Shown here: positions 38,486 to 47,545 of the stretch, one piece after another
Layout of the letters: each line of letters opens with the position of its first letter
Numbering within the stretch: the first letter of the stretch is position 1
Source: Chloroflexota bacterium
GTDB taxonomy: Bacteria > Chloroflexota > Anaerolineae > DTLA01
Length of the DNA stretch: 64,000 nucleotides
Assembly: GCA_014874485.1 (NCBI GenBank)
Contig: JADBJK010000011.1
Location: 144,328-208,327 of the forward strand
Direction: 5' to 3'
The notes under the pieces: model-generated
The model's input: the letters and a program-made list of their open reading frames with translations, nothing else
Databases searched by the model: none
What the model was told of the DNA's origin: nothing
Made by a program: the position numbers and the translations under genes

Positions 38486-38833
38486 ATGGAATCGGTACTT
38501 GCGGTAATCGGGCTGTTTGTGTTGCGCATTGGGGTGCCCATTGTGGTGATGGTGCTGCTGTCGTGGGGCGTGAGCGTGTACGTGCAGCGCGAGGAAGCGC
38601 GGGCACTGGAGGCCGAGAAGCGCGCCGCCCTTGCCCAGGCGGCAGCGGCGGCTGCCCCGTCGGCCTGCTGGGATGTGAAGGGGTGCAGCGACGAGGCGAA
38701 GGCCGATTGCCCCGCGGTGAAGCGGCCTGACCTGCCCTGCTGGCTTGCCAAGCAACTGGCCACCGGCAGGCTCTCCCCCGCGTGCGAGGCCTGCGCCATG
38801 TACCAGAAGAGCCTTGCCACGGCCCGGGCTTGA
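38486..38833 (+). CDS. Small membrane protein (115 aa) with one N-terminal TM helix and an 8-Cys soluble tail
   Basis: RBS GAGGAGG. 'VLRIGVPIVVMVLLS' is a TM helix. The tail carries 'CWDVKGC...DCPAVKRPDLPC...PACEAC'. Confidence 0.55.
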   Translation: MESVLAVIGLFVLRIGVPIVVMVLLSWGVSVYVQREEARALEAEKRAALAQAAAAAAPSACWDVKGCSDEAKADCPAVKRPDLPCWLAKQLATGRLSPACEACAMYQKSLATARA

Positions 38834-38880
38834 CCCGCCCACGCCCAGGCAACGGCTTGAACGAACGGAGGTGAAGGAAG

Positions 38881-39003
38881 ATGGCTACCGTGATGGATGA
38901 TCTGATCCTTGTGGGGATGATGGTCGTGCGGCTTGGCGTTCCCATCCTGATGATGGCGCTGTTGTCCGCGCTGCTGAATCGTTTGGTCCGCTCATCGGCG
39001 TAA
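38881..39003 (+). CDS. 40-aa membrane peptide, paralog of the preceding gene's TM segment. Not in the ORF track because it is below the track's length cutoff.
   Basis: RBS 'aggtgaagga'. 'MATVMDDLILVGMMVVRLGVPILMMALLSALLNRLVRSSA' shares the motif (V/L)(L/V)R(I/L)GVPI(V/L)(V/M)M(V/A)LLS with 38486..38833. Confidence 0.4.
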   Translation: MATVMDDLILVGMMVVRLGVPILMMALLSALLNRLVRSSA

Positions 39004-39076
39004 CCCGGCGCCGCGCCGTGAGCCTTTGCGCGGCAAAGGTTGCAATGCTCTACAATCTTGTACATGGAGGAATCGC

Positions 39077-40003
39077 ATGACAAACCGCTGTCATTCACAG
39101 CGCAGCCGAACCTTTGCGCACGGGTTGGTCATCGGCTGCATTCTCGCCCTGGTTGTCCTGATGGCATTCTCATCGGCAGCGCTGGCGCAGGGGCCTGCCC
39201 CGACGTACAAGGGGCCGGACCAGTGTGCCGCCTGCCATTCGGCCGAGGCGCGGGCCTGGCAGAACTCCACCCACGCAAAGGCCACGTCCGCGGTCCCGCC
39301 GGATGCCGACCGCGCCTGCCTGCGGTGCCACACCACCGCGTTTGACGCGGAGGAAGGCACGTGCGCGTACAAGGACGTGGAGTGCGAAGCCTGCCACGGG
39401 CCATATGTGGAAGGCCACCCGCGCAGCACCGTGATGAAACTGCCGGCCGACTCCACCGCGTGCCAGGAGTGCCACGCCAAGACCTACGAGCAGTGGCAGG
39501 CGACGCCCCACGCCGCGCTCAACGTTCAGTGCATCGGCTGCCACGACGCCCATTCGCAGAGTCTGCGGCTGCCCGCCGACCAACTGTGCACGTCGTGCCA
39601 CAGGGCCAAACTGGACTCGTTCCCTCACAGCGAGCACAACAGCCTGGGCATTGAGTGCACGGTCTGCCACGTGCCCCTGGACCACTCGGGCCAGGCCGGG
39701 GCGGTGCTGGCGAGCACCGGCGGGGGCAACGCGCCCAATCATACCTTTGCGCCGCCTGCCGAAGCGTGCGTCGGCTGCCATGCACAGGGCACCGTGCCCA
39801 TGACCGCTGGCGAAACCCAGCCCGATCCTGCGAAGGTGTTGGCCGACCAACTGGAGGCTGCGGAGCGCGAGAACACTTCCCTGCGCAACCTGGCCATCGT
39901 AACCCTGGGCGTGGGCCTGGGCATCGGCGGTGTGCTGGGTGTCGTGGCCATCCTGCTCATCGGATACATCGCGCAGAGGAGGGGCAAGCCATGGACGATC
40001 TAG
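39077..40003 (+). CDS. Membrane-anchored octaheme c-type cytochrome (8 CxxCH motifs)
   Basis: Motifs CAACH, CLRCH, CEACH, CQECH, CIGCH, CTSCH, CTVCH, CVGCH. N-terminal signal/TM and C-terminal TM 'LAIVTLGVGLGIGGVLGVVAILLIGYI'. RBS GGAGG. Confidence 0.85.
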   Translation: MTNRCHSQRSRTFAHGLVIGCILALVVLMAFSSAALAQGPAPTYKGPDQCAACHSAEARAWQNSTHAKATSAVPPDADRACLRCHTTAFDAEEGTCAYKDVECEACHGPYVEGHPRSTVMKLPADSTACQECHAKTYEQWQATPHAALNVQCIGCHDAHSQSLRLPADQLCTSCHRAKLDSFPHSEHNSLGIECTVCHVPLDHSGQAGAVLASTGGGNAPNHTFAPPAEACVGCHAQGTVPMTAGETQPDPAKVLADQLEAAERENTSLRNLAIVTLGVGLGIGGVLGVVAILLIGYIAQRRGKPWTI

Positions 40004-40923
40004 AGAAGGCCCGAATCTCCCGCCGCGACTTTCTGAAGAGCCTGGGGTTGGGCGCGGCTGCGGCTGCTGCGGCATCGGTTCTGCCTGGCGCTGCGGCGCA
40101 GGCTGCCGAGGAGACAGCAGGCGCGACCTGGGGGATGTTGGTGGACCTGACCCGCTGCACCGGCTGCAACTCCTGCGCGCTGGCCTGCAAGGAGGCCAAC
40201 GGCCTGCCGCAGATTCCCGGCAAGGTGCCCACCGCCCTGGACGCCGACACGTACACCTTCGTGGAGGCATTCCAGGTGGCGAACCTGCGCGGCGAGATCG
40301 TTACCCGCTACGTCAAGCGCCAGTGCATGCACTGCCTGGAGGCAGCGTGCGTCTCGGCCTGCCCGGCTGCCGCCATGCACAGCAGCGGCGAAGGCCCCAT
40401 CATCTACCGCGCCAGCCGCTGCCTGGGGTGCCGGTACTGCGAAGTGGCGTGTCCTTTTGGCATCCCGCGCTTCAACTGGGACAACAGCATCACGCCCAAG
40501 ATCAACAAGTGCTGGATGTGCTACGAGCGGCTCAAGGAAGGCGAGGAACCTGCCTGCGTGAGCGCCTGCCCCACCGGCGCGATCCGCTTCGGCCGGCGCG
40601 AGGACCTGCTGGTCCAGGCCCACGCCCGCATCGCCTCGCACCCCGACCGCTACATAGACCACGTGCTGGGCGAATCGGAGGTGGGCGGCACCTCGGTGCT
40701 GTACCTCTCCGACGTGCCGTTTGACCGCCTGGGCTTCCCGGCCAACTTGCCGCAGGTCGCCCCTCCCAAGCAGACCGAGAAGATTCTGTACAAACTCCCT
40801 TACGTGATCTTCGGGATGGCGGCGTTCATGACCGGCACGGCGCTGTACACCCACCGGAAGCCGGCAGCAACCGTGCCGGTGGAAGCCGACGCCGCAACCG
40901 AGACCCCGGACAAGGAGGCGTAG
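39991..40923 (+). CDS. Tat-exported 4Fe-4S ferredoxin-type subunit (NrfC/PsrB/HybA-like) with C-terminal TM anchor
   Basis: Twin-arginine 'SRRDFLKSLGLGAAAAAAAS'. Four Cys clusters: CTGCNSCALAC, CMHCLEAACVSACP, CLGCRYCEVACP, CVSACP. Start overlaps the cytochrome gene by 13 nt. Confidence 0.85.
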   Translation: MDDLEKARISRRDFLKSLGLGAAAAAAASVLPGAAAQAAEETAGATWGMLVDLTRCTGCNSCALACKEANGLPQIPGKVPTALDADTYTFVEAFQVANLRGEIVTRYVKRQCMHCLEAACVSACPAAAMHSSGEGPIIYRASRCLGCRYCEVACPFGIPRFNWDNSITPKINKCWMCYERLKEGEEPACVSACPTGAIRFGRREDLLVQAHARIASHPDRYIDHVLGESEVGGTSVLYLSDVPFDRLGFPANLPQVAPPKQTEKILYKLPYVIFGMAAFMTGTALYTHRKPAATVPVEADAATETPDKEA

Positions 40924-40926
40924 CCC

Positions 40927-42255
40927 ATGGGCGAGATCATCACCTATCCGGCATTCTGGATCGTGGCCGCGTTGAGCATCGGCATCCCGGTGGTGTTCCT
41001 CGCCGGGGCGCGGTTCTTGGCGGTGCGGCTGGCGGGCCGGTCGCAGGGCGCGGCCGCCGCTGCAGCCGAGGGCATCGTCATCACCGTGCCGCGGGTCCGC
41101 TCGCCCTGGAAGGTGCTGCGCGACCTGGTGCTCATCGGCGTGATGGCGACCGGCACCGCCATCATCCTGGTGCGGTTCATGTTCGGCCTGGGTGCGGTAA
41201 CCAACCTCAGCGACCGGTTCCCGCTGGGGTTCTGGATCGGGTTTGACGTGATGAGCGGCGTCGCGCTGGCCGCGGGTGGGTTCGTCATGGCGGCCACCGT
41301 GCACATCTTCCGCATTCACCGGTTTGAGCCGCTGGTGCGCCCCGCGATCCTCACGGCGTTCCTGGGCTACCTGCTGGTCATCGCCGCGCTCCTGGTGGAC
41401 CTGGGCCGGCCCTACAACGTCTGGCGGCCGCTGGTGCACTGGCAGTACCACTCGGTGCTCTGGGAGGTGGGCGTCTGCGTCGCCACGTACACGACGGTCC
41501 TGTTCTTTGAGTTCCTGCCCGTCATCCTGGAGCGCGTGAACCGGATAGAGGCCATCACAAAGCGCCTGCCGACCGTCGCCTTCTACCGCTGGCTCAAGAA
41601 GGTGTCCATCGTGTTCATCATCCTGGGCGTGGTGCTGTCCACGCTGCACCAGTCTTCGCTCGGCTCCCTGTGGGTCATCGTCCCGCAGAAACTGCACCCG
41701 CTGTGGTACTCGCTGTACCTACCAGTGTTCTTCTGGATGTCGGCGGTGGCGGTCGGGTTCGCCATGACCATCGTGGAGTCCAACCTGAGTTCCCGCGCCT
41801 TCAAGCGGGGGCTGGAGCAGCCCCTGCTGGCCGAACTGGGGCAGATCGCGTCGGTGGTGCTGGCGGTGTACCTGGTGGCGCGCGTCGCGGACATCACCGC
41901 ACGCGGCGCATGGCCTCGCGCCTTTGAGCCGACGCTCCAGGCCGCTTCGTTCTGGGTGGAGATGATCGCGGGCGTGGTTGTCCCCATCATCCTGTTCGCC
42001 GTGCCGTCGCTGCGCCGCAACCCCAAGGTTCTGTTTGCGGGCGCGTCGCTGGTCGTGGCCTTCGGCGTGGCGCTCAACCGCCTGAACGTGTCGTGGATCG
42101 GCCTGTTGTCGTACACGGGCAACATCTACAGCCCGTCGTGGATGGAACTGGTGGTAACCGTTACCCTCCTGGGGTTCGGCGTGCTGGCCTTCTACCTGGC
42201 GGCCAAGTACCTGCCCGTCTTCCCCGAAGAGGGCGCGCACAAGGCCCAAGAGTAG
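40927..42255 (+). CDS. NrfD/PsrC-family integral membrane quinol-interacting subunit
   Basis: 442 aa, ~10 TM helices, NrfD-like. RBS AAGGAGG. Confidence 0.8.
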   Translation: MGEIITYPAFWIVAALSIGIPVVFLAGARFLAVRLAGRSQGAAAAAAEGIVITVPRVRSPWKVLRDLVLIGVMATGTAIILVRFMFGLGAVTNLSDRFPLGFWIGFDVMSGVALAAGGFVMAATVHIFRIHRFEPLVRPAILTAFLGYLLVIAALLVDLGRPYNVWRPLVHWQYHSVLWEVGVCVATYTTVLFFEFLPVILERVNRIEAITKRLPTVAFYRWLKKVSIVFIILGVVLSTLHQSSLGSLWVIVPQKLHPLWYSLYLPVFFWMSAVAVGFAMTIVESNLSSRAFKRGLEQPLLAELGQIASVVLAVYLVARVADITARGAWPRAFEPTLQAASFWVEMIAGVVVPIILFAVPSLRRNPKVLFAGASLVVAFGVALNRLNVSWIGLLSYTGNIYSPSWMELVVTVTLLGFGVLAFYLAAKYLPVFPEEGAHKAQE

Positions 42256-42278
42256 CTGACCATAGGGAAAGTGTCCCG

Positions 42279-42394
42279 TTGTCATTGCGAGCGAAGCGAA
42301 GCAATCCCGCGTTCGGAGATTGCTTCGGGACGCTGCGCGCCCTCGCAATGACACACGATCAAGAATCGCCGTGGCAGAGTACTGGCCCCCGACG
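42279..42394. repeat. Family A repeat copy (upstream flank of the adaptor gene)
   Basis: 'gtcattgcgagcgaagcgaagcaatcccgcgttcggagattgcttcgggacgctgcgcgccctcgcaatgacacacgatcaagaatcgccgtggcagagtactggcc'. Confidence 0.8.
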
Positions 42395-42585
42395 GTCTCG
42401 CTTCTCTGCGGGCGGGCTGCCTTCCGTGGTAGCCCGCCCGTCTTGTCGTGATTTTACACTTTCATCACAAGCCTCTAATGTCCCTTTCATGTACCCGCGC
42501 GCGGCTCGTGATACAATAATGGCAGTTCGCGTCGCGGAATTGGGGCATTCGCCCAGGCCGCGCCAGCTTCACCATGGAGGGCGGT

Positions 42586-44007
42586 ATGCAGAAGAGAACC
42601 ATTTGGATTATCGTCCTGGTCGCCGTGCTCGTCGTGGCGGCCATCTTCTGGGTCAACCGCTGGAATGCGGCCCGCAAGGCCAGCGCCACCGCGCCCCAGA
42701 CGTCCACCGTGCAGCGGGGAAACCTGCAGGCCATCGTGGGGACGTCGGGCACCGTGCGCGCAGCCCAGTCCATGGACCTGACTTTCGGCGTTGCCGGCAC
42801 CGTCGTGGAGATTCTGGTGGCCGAGGGGGACCAGGTCAAAGCAGGGCAGCCGCTGGCCCGCCTGGACACCACGACGCTGGAGGCGCAGGTCGCCAGCGCG
42901 GAACTGTCGCTGCGCCTGGCCGAGAAGAACCTGGAGGACTTGAAGTCGCCGCCCACCGAAGTTGAACTCGCCCAGGCAGAAGCGGCCCTGGCCAGCGCCA
43001 AGGCGGCCTACGAAGCCGCCAAGGCCAAGCCGGTGGAGTGGCAAATCGCCCAGGCCGAGGCCGCGCTGGAAAAGGCACGCAAGACGCTGCAGGAGGCTCA
43101 GGCGGCCTACGATGCCGTCTCGTGGCGTCCGAATATCGCCATGCTCCCGCAGGCCACGCAACTGCAGCAGGCGACCGAAGCCTATCAGACCGCGCTGGAC
43201 AACTATCGCATCGCCATGGCCAGCGTGAGCGACGCCCCCATCAAGAGTGCCTACGCGCAACTCCTCCAGGCCCAGCAAGCCTATGACAAACTCAAGTCCG
43301 GCCCGACCGAGGAGGAACTCCTGAGCGCCGAAAATCAGGTAACCCAGGCGAAACTCGCGCTGGACACCGCGCGCAAGAATCTGGAAAGCGCCACCCTCAG
43401 GGCGCCCTTTGACGGCACCATCACCGCCGTCAACATTATCACGGGCCAGACGGTGGCCGCGAACACGGTCGCCATGTCCATCGCCGACCTGGATCATCTG
43501 CAAATCCAGGCCAACCTGCCCGAGGTGGACGCCGTGCAGGTGAAGGTGGGCCAGCGCGCCGAGATCACCCTGGACGCCCTCTCCACGCAGACGTTGAGCG
43601 GCCAGGTGAGCAAGATCGCGCTCATCGGCACCGTTACCCAGGGCGTGGTCAACTATCCGGTTACCATCAGCCTGGATTCCACCGACCTGCCGGTGAAGCC
43701 GGGCATGACCGCCAGCGTCAGCATCATCGTGGACGAGCGGAAGAACGTCCTCATGGTGCCCAACCGCGCCGTGCGCTCCCAGGGCGGCAACCGAGGGTAC
43801 TACGTGGAGGTCATGGTGGAGGGACAAATCGTACAGGTGCCGGTTACCATCGGCCTGAGCAACGGCTCCATGACCGAGATCACAAGCACCGGCCTGCGCG
43901 AAGGGGACACGGTCGTCGTGTCCAGCACCACAACGACCACCAGCAGCCGTATCCCGGGCGTCGGGGGTGGCTTCTTCGTAGGCGGCCCCGTGGGGCCTAG
44001 GGACTAG
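42586..44007 (+). CDS. Efflux periplasmic adaptor (HlyD/MacA-family membrane fusion protein)
   Basis: N-terminal TM, long coiled-coil (QxAE repeats), and a beta-barrel/MPD C-terminus 'GMTASVSI'. Confidence 0.85.
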   Translation: MQKRTIWIIVLVAVLVVAAIFWVNRWNAARKASATAPQTSTVQRGNLQAIVGTSGTVRAAQSMDLTFGVAGTVVEILVAEGDQVKAGQPLARLDTTTLEAQVASAELSLRLAEKNLEDLKSPPTEVELAQAEAALASAKAAYEAAKAKPVEWQIAQAEAALEKARKTLQEAQAAYDAVSWRPNIAMLPQATQLQQATEAYQTALDNYRIAMASVSDAPIKSAYAQLLQAQQAYDKLKSGPTEEELLSAENQVTQAKLALDTARKNLESATLRAPFDGTITAVNIITGQTVAANTVAMSIADLDHLQIQANLPEVDAVQVKVGQRAEITLDALSTQTLSGQVSKIALIGTVTQGVVNYPVTISLDSTDLPVKPGMTASVSIIVDERKNVLMVPNRAVRSQGGNRGYYVEVMVEGQIVQVPVTIGLSNGSMTEITSTGLREGDTVVVSSTTTTTSSRIPGVGGGFFVGGPVGPRD

Positions 44008-44027
44008 AAGTTGACCACAGAAAAAAA

Positions 44028-44140
44028 GTGCCCGCTGTCATTGCGAGCGAAGCGAAGCAATCCCTCGCTCGGAGATTGCTTCGGGCGCCGCGCCCTCGCA
44101 ATGACACACCATCAAGAATCCCTGTGGCAGAGTACTAGCC
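44028..44140. repeat. Family A repeat copy (downstream flank of the adaptor gene), ~90% identical to 42279-42394
   Basis: 'gtcattgcgagcgaagcgaagcaatccctcgctcggagattgcttcgggcgccgcgccctcgcaatgacacaccatcaagaatccctgtggcagagtactagcc'. Confidence 0.8.
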
Positions 44141-44180
44141 CGTGTCTGGCAGTGCTCGGGAGGCACGAGGAGAAAGCCCT

Positions 44181-44873
44181 ATGGCGCTAATTGAGATAGA
44201 GAACGTTACGAAGGTTTACCGCATGGGCGAGGTGGAGGTGCACGCCCTGCGCGGCGTCTCGCTGGCGATTGAGAAGGGCGAGATGGTCGCCATCATGGGG
44301 CCGTCCGGCTCGGGCAAGTCCACGCTGATGAATATCCTGGGGTGTCTGGACAAGCCCACGTCGGGCGTGTACCGGCTGGACGGCGTGGACGTGGGCAGCC
44401 TGGACGACGACGCCCTGGCGCGAATCCGCAACCGCAAGATCGGGTTCGTGTTCCAGACGTTCAACCTGCTGCGGCGCACGTCGGCGCTGGCCAACGTGGA
44501 ACTGCCGATGATCTACTCGGGCAACGGCAACCGGCGCGAGCGGGCGCTGGCGCTGTTGGCGTCGGTCGGGCTGGCCGAGCGCGTTCACCACCAGCCGACG
44601 CAACTGTCGGGTGGCGAGCAGCAGCGCGTGGCGATTGCGCGGGCGCTGGTCAACGAGCCGTCCATCATCCTGGCCGACGAGCCGACGGGGAACCTGGACA
44701 GCAAGGCGGGCGCCGAAATCATGGCCATCTTCCACCGCCTGCACCGCGAGCAGGGGCAGACCGTCGTCCTGGTAACCCACGATCCACTCATCGCGGCCCA
44801 GGCCCAGCGCATCATCCGCCTGCGCGACGGCCTTATCGTGGATGGCGACGGGGCGCAGGAGGAGGCAGCATGA
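44181..44873 (+). CDS. ABC transporter ATP-binding protein, MacB/LolD type
   Basis: Walker A 'GPSGSGKST', signature '[15 protein letters not shown]', Walker B '[11 protein letters not shown]'. Confidence 0.9.
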   Translation: MALIEIENVTKVYRMGEVEVHALRGVSLAIEKGEMVAIMGPSGSGKSTLMNILGCLDKPTSGVYRLDGVDVGSLDDDALARIRNRKIGFVFQTFNLLRRTSALANVELPMIYSGNGNRRERALALLASVGLAERVHHQPTQLSGGEQQRVAIARALVNEPSIILADEPTGNLDSKAGAEIMAIFHRLHREQGQTVVLVTHDPLIAAQAQRIIRLRDGLIVDGDGAQEEAA

Positions 44874-46105
44874 ACGTTCAAGAGAGCCTTCGGACGGCGA
44901 TCACAAGCCTTGCGGCCAACAAACTGCGGTCGTTTCTGACCATGCTGGGCATCGTCATCGGCGTGGCCGCCGTCATCGCCATGCTGTCCATTGGGCGGGG
45001 CGCGCAGGCAGCCATCACCAGCCAGATCACCAGCATGGGCACCAACCTGCTGTTCGTCAGGCCGGGCGCGGCCAGCCAGGGCGGCGTGCGCATGGCGCAG
45101 GGGTCGGCGGCCACGCTGACCTACGAGGACGCGCTGGCGCTGGCCGCGGCGCCGTCGGTGGCGGCCGTCGCGCCCGAAGCCTCTACGTTTGGCCAGGTGG
45201 TGTATCTGTCCAACAACATCAACACGCAGATCACCGGCGTTACGCCCGAATACGAGCAGGTACGCAACATGCCGGTGGAGTACGGCTCGTTCATCACGGC
45301 GCAGCACGTCGCCGCGCGCAGCCCGGTGGCGGTCATCGGCGCGAATGTGGCGGCGGAACTGTTCAACGGCGACGACCCGCTGGACAAGACCATCCGCATC
45401 AACGGGCAGAACTTCCGGGTCATCGGCATCCTCAAGGCCAAGGGCGGCACCGGCTTCGGCGTGGTGGACGACCGCATCCTGATTCCGCTGACCACGCTGC
45501 AGAGCCGGTTGGCGTCCAGCGGGCGGTTCCGCGGCGGGAACACCATCCAGACCATCAACGTCCAGGTGGTCAGTGAGAAGGTAACCGACCAGGCCGTTGA
45601 GGAGATTAGCGCCATCCTGCGCGAGCGCCACAACATCCTGTACGAGGACGACTTCACCATCACGTCGCAGCAGGATACGATAGAGGCGGCCAACCAGATC
45701 ACGGGCATCCTCACGGTGTTCCTGGGCGGCATCGCGGCCATCTCGCTCCTCGTGGGCGGCATCGGCATCATGAACATCATGCTGGTGTCGGTTACGGAGC
45801 GCACCCGCGAGATCGGCATCCGCAAGGCCGTCGGCGCGCGGAAACGCGACATCCTGGCCCAGTTCCTGACCGAGGCCACCCTGCTCAGCGTGGTCGGGGG
45901 GCTGGTAGGCATCCTGGTGGGCTACGGCATCTCGCGGTTCATCACCGGCATCAACTTGGGCAACACGCAAATCAGCGCCGTGGTGAGCGCCGACTCGGTG
46001 CTCCTGGCGACGCTGTTCTCGGTGGCGGTGGGGCTGTTCTTCGGGATTTTCCCGGCCCAGCGCGCCGCCGACTTGAATCCGATTGAGGCGTTGAGGTACG
46101 AGTAG
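44870..46105 (+). CDS. ABC transporter permease, MacB/FtsX family
   Basis: N-terminal TM, large periplasmic domain, and C-terminal FtsX 4-TM domain '[27 protein letters not shown]'. ATGA overlap with the ATPase gene. Confidence 0.9.
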   Translation: MNVQESLRTAITSLAANKLRSFLTMLGIVIGVAAVIAMLSIGRGAQAAITSQITSMGTNLLFVRPGAASQGGVRMAQGSAATLTYEDALALAAAPSVAAVAPEASTFGQVVYLSNNINTQITGVTPEYEQVRNMPVEYGSFITAQHVAARSPVAVIGANVAAELFNGDDPLDKTIRINGQNFRVIGILKAKGGTGFGVVDDRILIPLTTLQSRLASSGRFRGGNTIQTINVQVVSEKVTDQAVEEISAILRERHNILYEDDFTITSQQDTIEAANQITGILTVFLGGIAAISLLVGGIGIMNIMLVSVTERTREIGIRKAVGARKRDILAQFLTEATLLSVVGGLVGILVGYGISRFITGINLGNTQISAVVSADSVLLATLFSVAVGLFFGIFPAQRAADLNPIEALRYE

Positions 46106-46109
46106 CCTC

Positions 46110-46200
46110 TTGCCGTTAGCCAATAGCCCTTGGCCGACAGGCAGTGCTTTGTGCCTGCACCCATGGCTAAAGGCTATCGGCGAAAGGCTAACGGCTATCA
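46110..46200 (+). other. Structured palindromic element F ('gccgttagcc...ggctaacggc'), ending 12 nt before the RBS of the following gene
   Basis: Outer stem 'gccgttagcc' (46112-46121) pairs with 'ggctaacggc' (46186-46195). Related to 50178-50268. Confidence 0.4.
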
Positions 46201-46212
46201 CGAGGAGGACAC

Positions 46213-46659
46213 ATGAAGAAGAACATCCTGTGGATTGCGTTGGCAGTCGTGCTCATCGTGGGCGCGGGCGTGGGTGGCTACTTCTACGGCGTGGAGCAGG
46301 GCAAGGCCCAGGCCGCCAGCGTCCGCGAGCGGTTCATCGCCGAGCGGTTCGGCACCGCCCAGCCGAACGGGCAGGCCGCGCCAGGCCAGTTCTTCGGCGG
46401 GCAGGGCGCAACCGGCCGCACGGGCATGGGTGGCCGCGGCGCGACCGGCACCATCAAGGAGATTCAGGGCAACACCATCCTGGTCAGCACCGCCGAGCAG
46501 GAACTGAAGGTGCAGGTTACCGCGGACACGCGCATCACCCTGACCACGCAGGGCAGCATCTCGGACCTCAAAGTCGGCGACCGCATCATCATCGGCGGCC
46601 AGACCCAGGGCAACACCATGACCGCGACGCAGATTCAGATCATCCCGAACATCCCGTGA
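46213..46659 (+). CDS. Small exported protein, DUF5666-like
   Basis: Signal/TM 'MKKNILWIALAVVLIVGAGVGG', Gly-rich linker, and 'GTIKEIQGNTILVSTAEQELKVQVTADTRITLTTQGSISDLKVGDRIIIGG'. RBS GAGGAGG. Confidence 0.6.
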   Translation: MKKNILWIALAVVLIVGAGVGGYFYGVEQGKAQAASVRERFIAERFGTAQPNGQAAPGQFFGGQGATGRTGMGGRGATGTIKEIQGNTILVSTAEQELKVQVTADTRITLTTQGSISDLKVGDRIIIGGQTQGNTMTATQIQIIPNIP

Positions 46660-46744
46660 GGTTCCACGCCAGGAGCGGCGCATTCCCCGGTGGGTGCGCC
46701 GCTCCCTATCCTCTCCGCCCAGCTTACCTTTGGTCCACAGAGGA

Positions 46745-46890
46745 GATTATCCGCTGTCATTGCGAGCGAAGCATCTCGGTCGCCGAGATTCTTCGGCGCT
46801 GCGCGCCTCAGTAGGGACAATTCATGAATTGTCCCTACGGGCGTTGCGCTCCTCGCAATGACATGCCATCAAGAATCGCCACGGTGAAGC
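46745..46890. repeat. Family A repeat copy carrying the 22-bp palindrome
   Basis: 'gtcattgcgagcgaagcatctcggtcgccgagattcttcggcgctgcgcgcctcagtagggacaattcatgaattgtccctacggg...ctcgcaatgacatgcc'. Confidence 0.8.
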
Positions 46891-46891
46891 A

Positions 46892-47545
46892 CTACGGCTC
46901 AATCAGCCCCTTGCGGATGGCGTATTTGGTCAGTTCAATGCGGTTGTGCAGGTTGAGTTTCTCCATGATGTTGGAACGATGGCGCTCCACAGTCTTGGTG
47001 CTGATGTGCAGCGCCAGGGCAATCTCCTGGGTGGTGTACCCTTCGGCGATAAGGGTGAGCACTTCGCGCTCGCGCTCGGTCAGGCCGTCGTAGGTCTCCT
47101 GCTCACCCCCTTCGCGCACGCGCCGCATGTAGTCTTCCACCAGCGAGCGCGCCACGGTGGGGTACAGGTACACGCCGCCGCTCTGCACCGCGCGCACGGC
47201 CTCGGCCAGGGCCATGGGCGCGGCCTTCTTGGGCACATACCCCGACGCCCCCGCGCTCAAAATCTCAAAGAAGTACTGCTCGTTGTCGTACATGCTGAGC
47301 ACCAGGATGTTGCACTCCGGGTGCTTCTTCTTGATCTGCCGCGTCGCCTCAAACCCGTCCATATCGGGCATGACGATGTCCATCACCACGACGTCGGGCT
47401 TCAGTTCGTCGGCCAGCCGCACGGCCTCCCGACCGTCCCCCGCCTCGCCCACGATTTGCAATTCGGGGTCGGTCTCCAGCAGCATGCGCACGCCCGCACG
47501 GACGATGGCGTGATCATCCACCAACAGGATGCGTATCGGGCTCAT
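46892..47545 (-). CDS. NarL/LuxR-family response regulator
   Basis: 'ILLVDDHAIVRAG...VVVMDIVMPDMDG' is the receiver domain. C-terminal HTH 'GYTTQEIALALHISTKTVERHRSNIMEKL'. Confidence 0.9.
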   Translation of the reverse strand: MSPIRILLVDDHAIVRAGVRMLLETDPELQIVGEAGDGREAVRLADELKPDVVVMDIVMPDMDGFEATRQIKKKHPECNILVLSMYDNEQYFFEILSAGASGYVPKKAAPMALAEAVRAVQSGGVYLYPTVARSLVEDYMRRVREGGEQETYDGLTEREREVLTLIAEGYTTQEIALALHISTKTVERHRSNIMEKLNLHNRIELTKYAIRKGLIEP

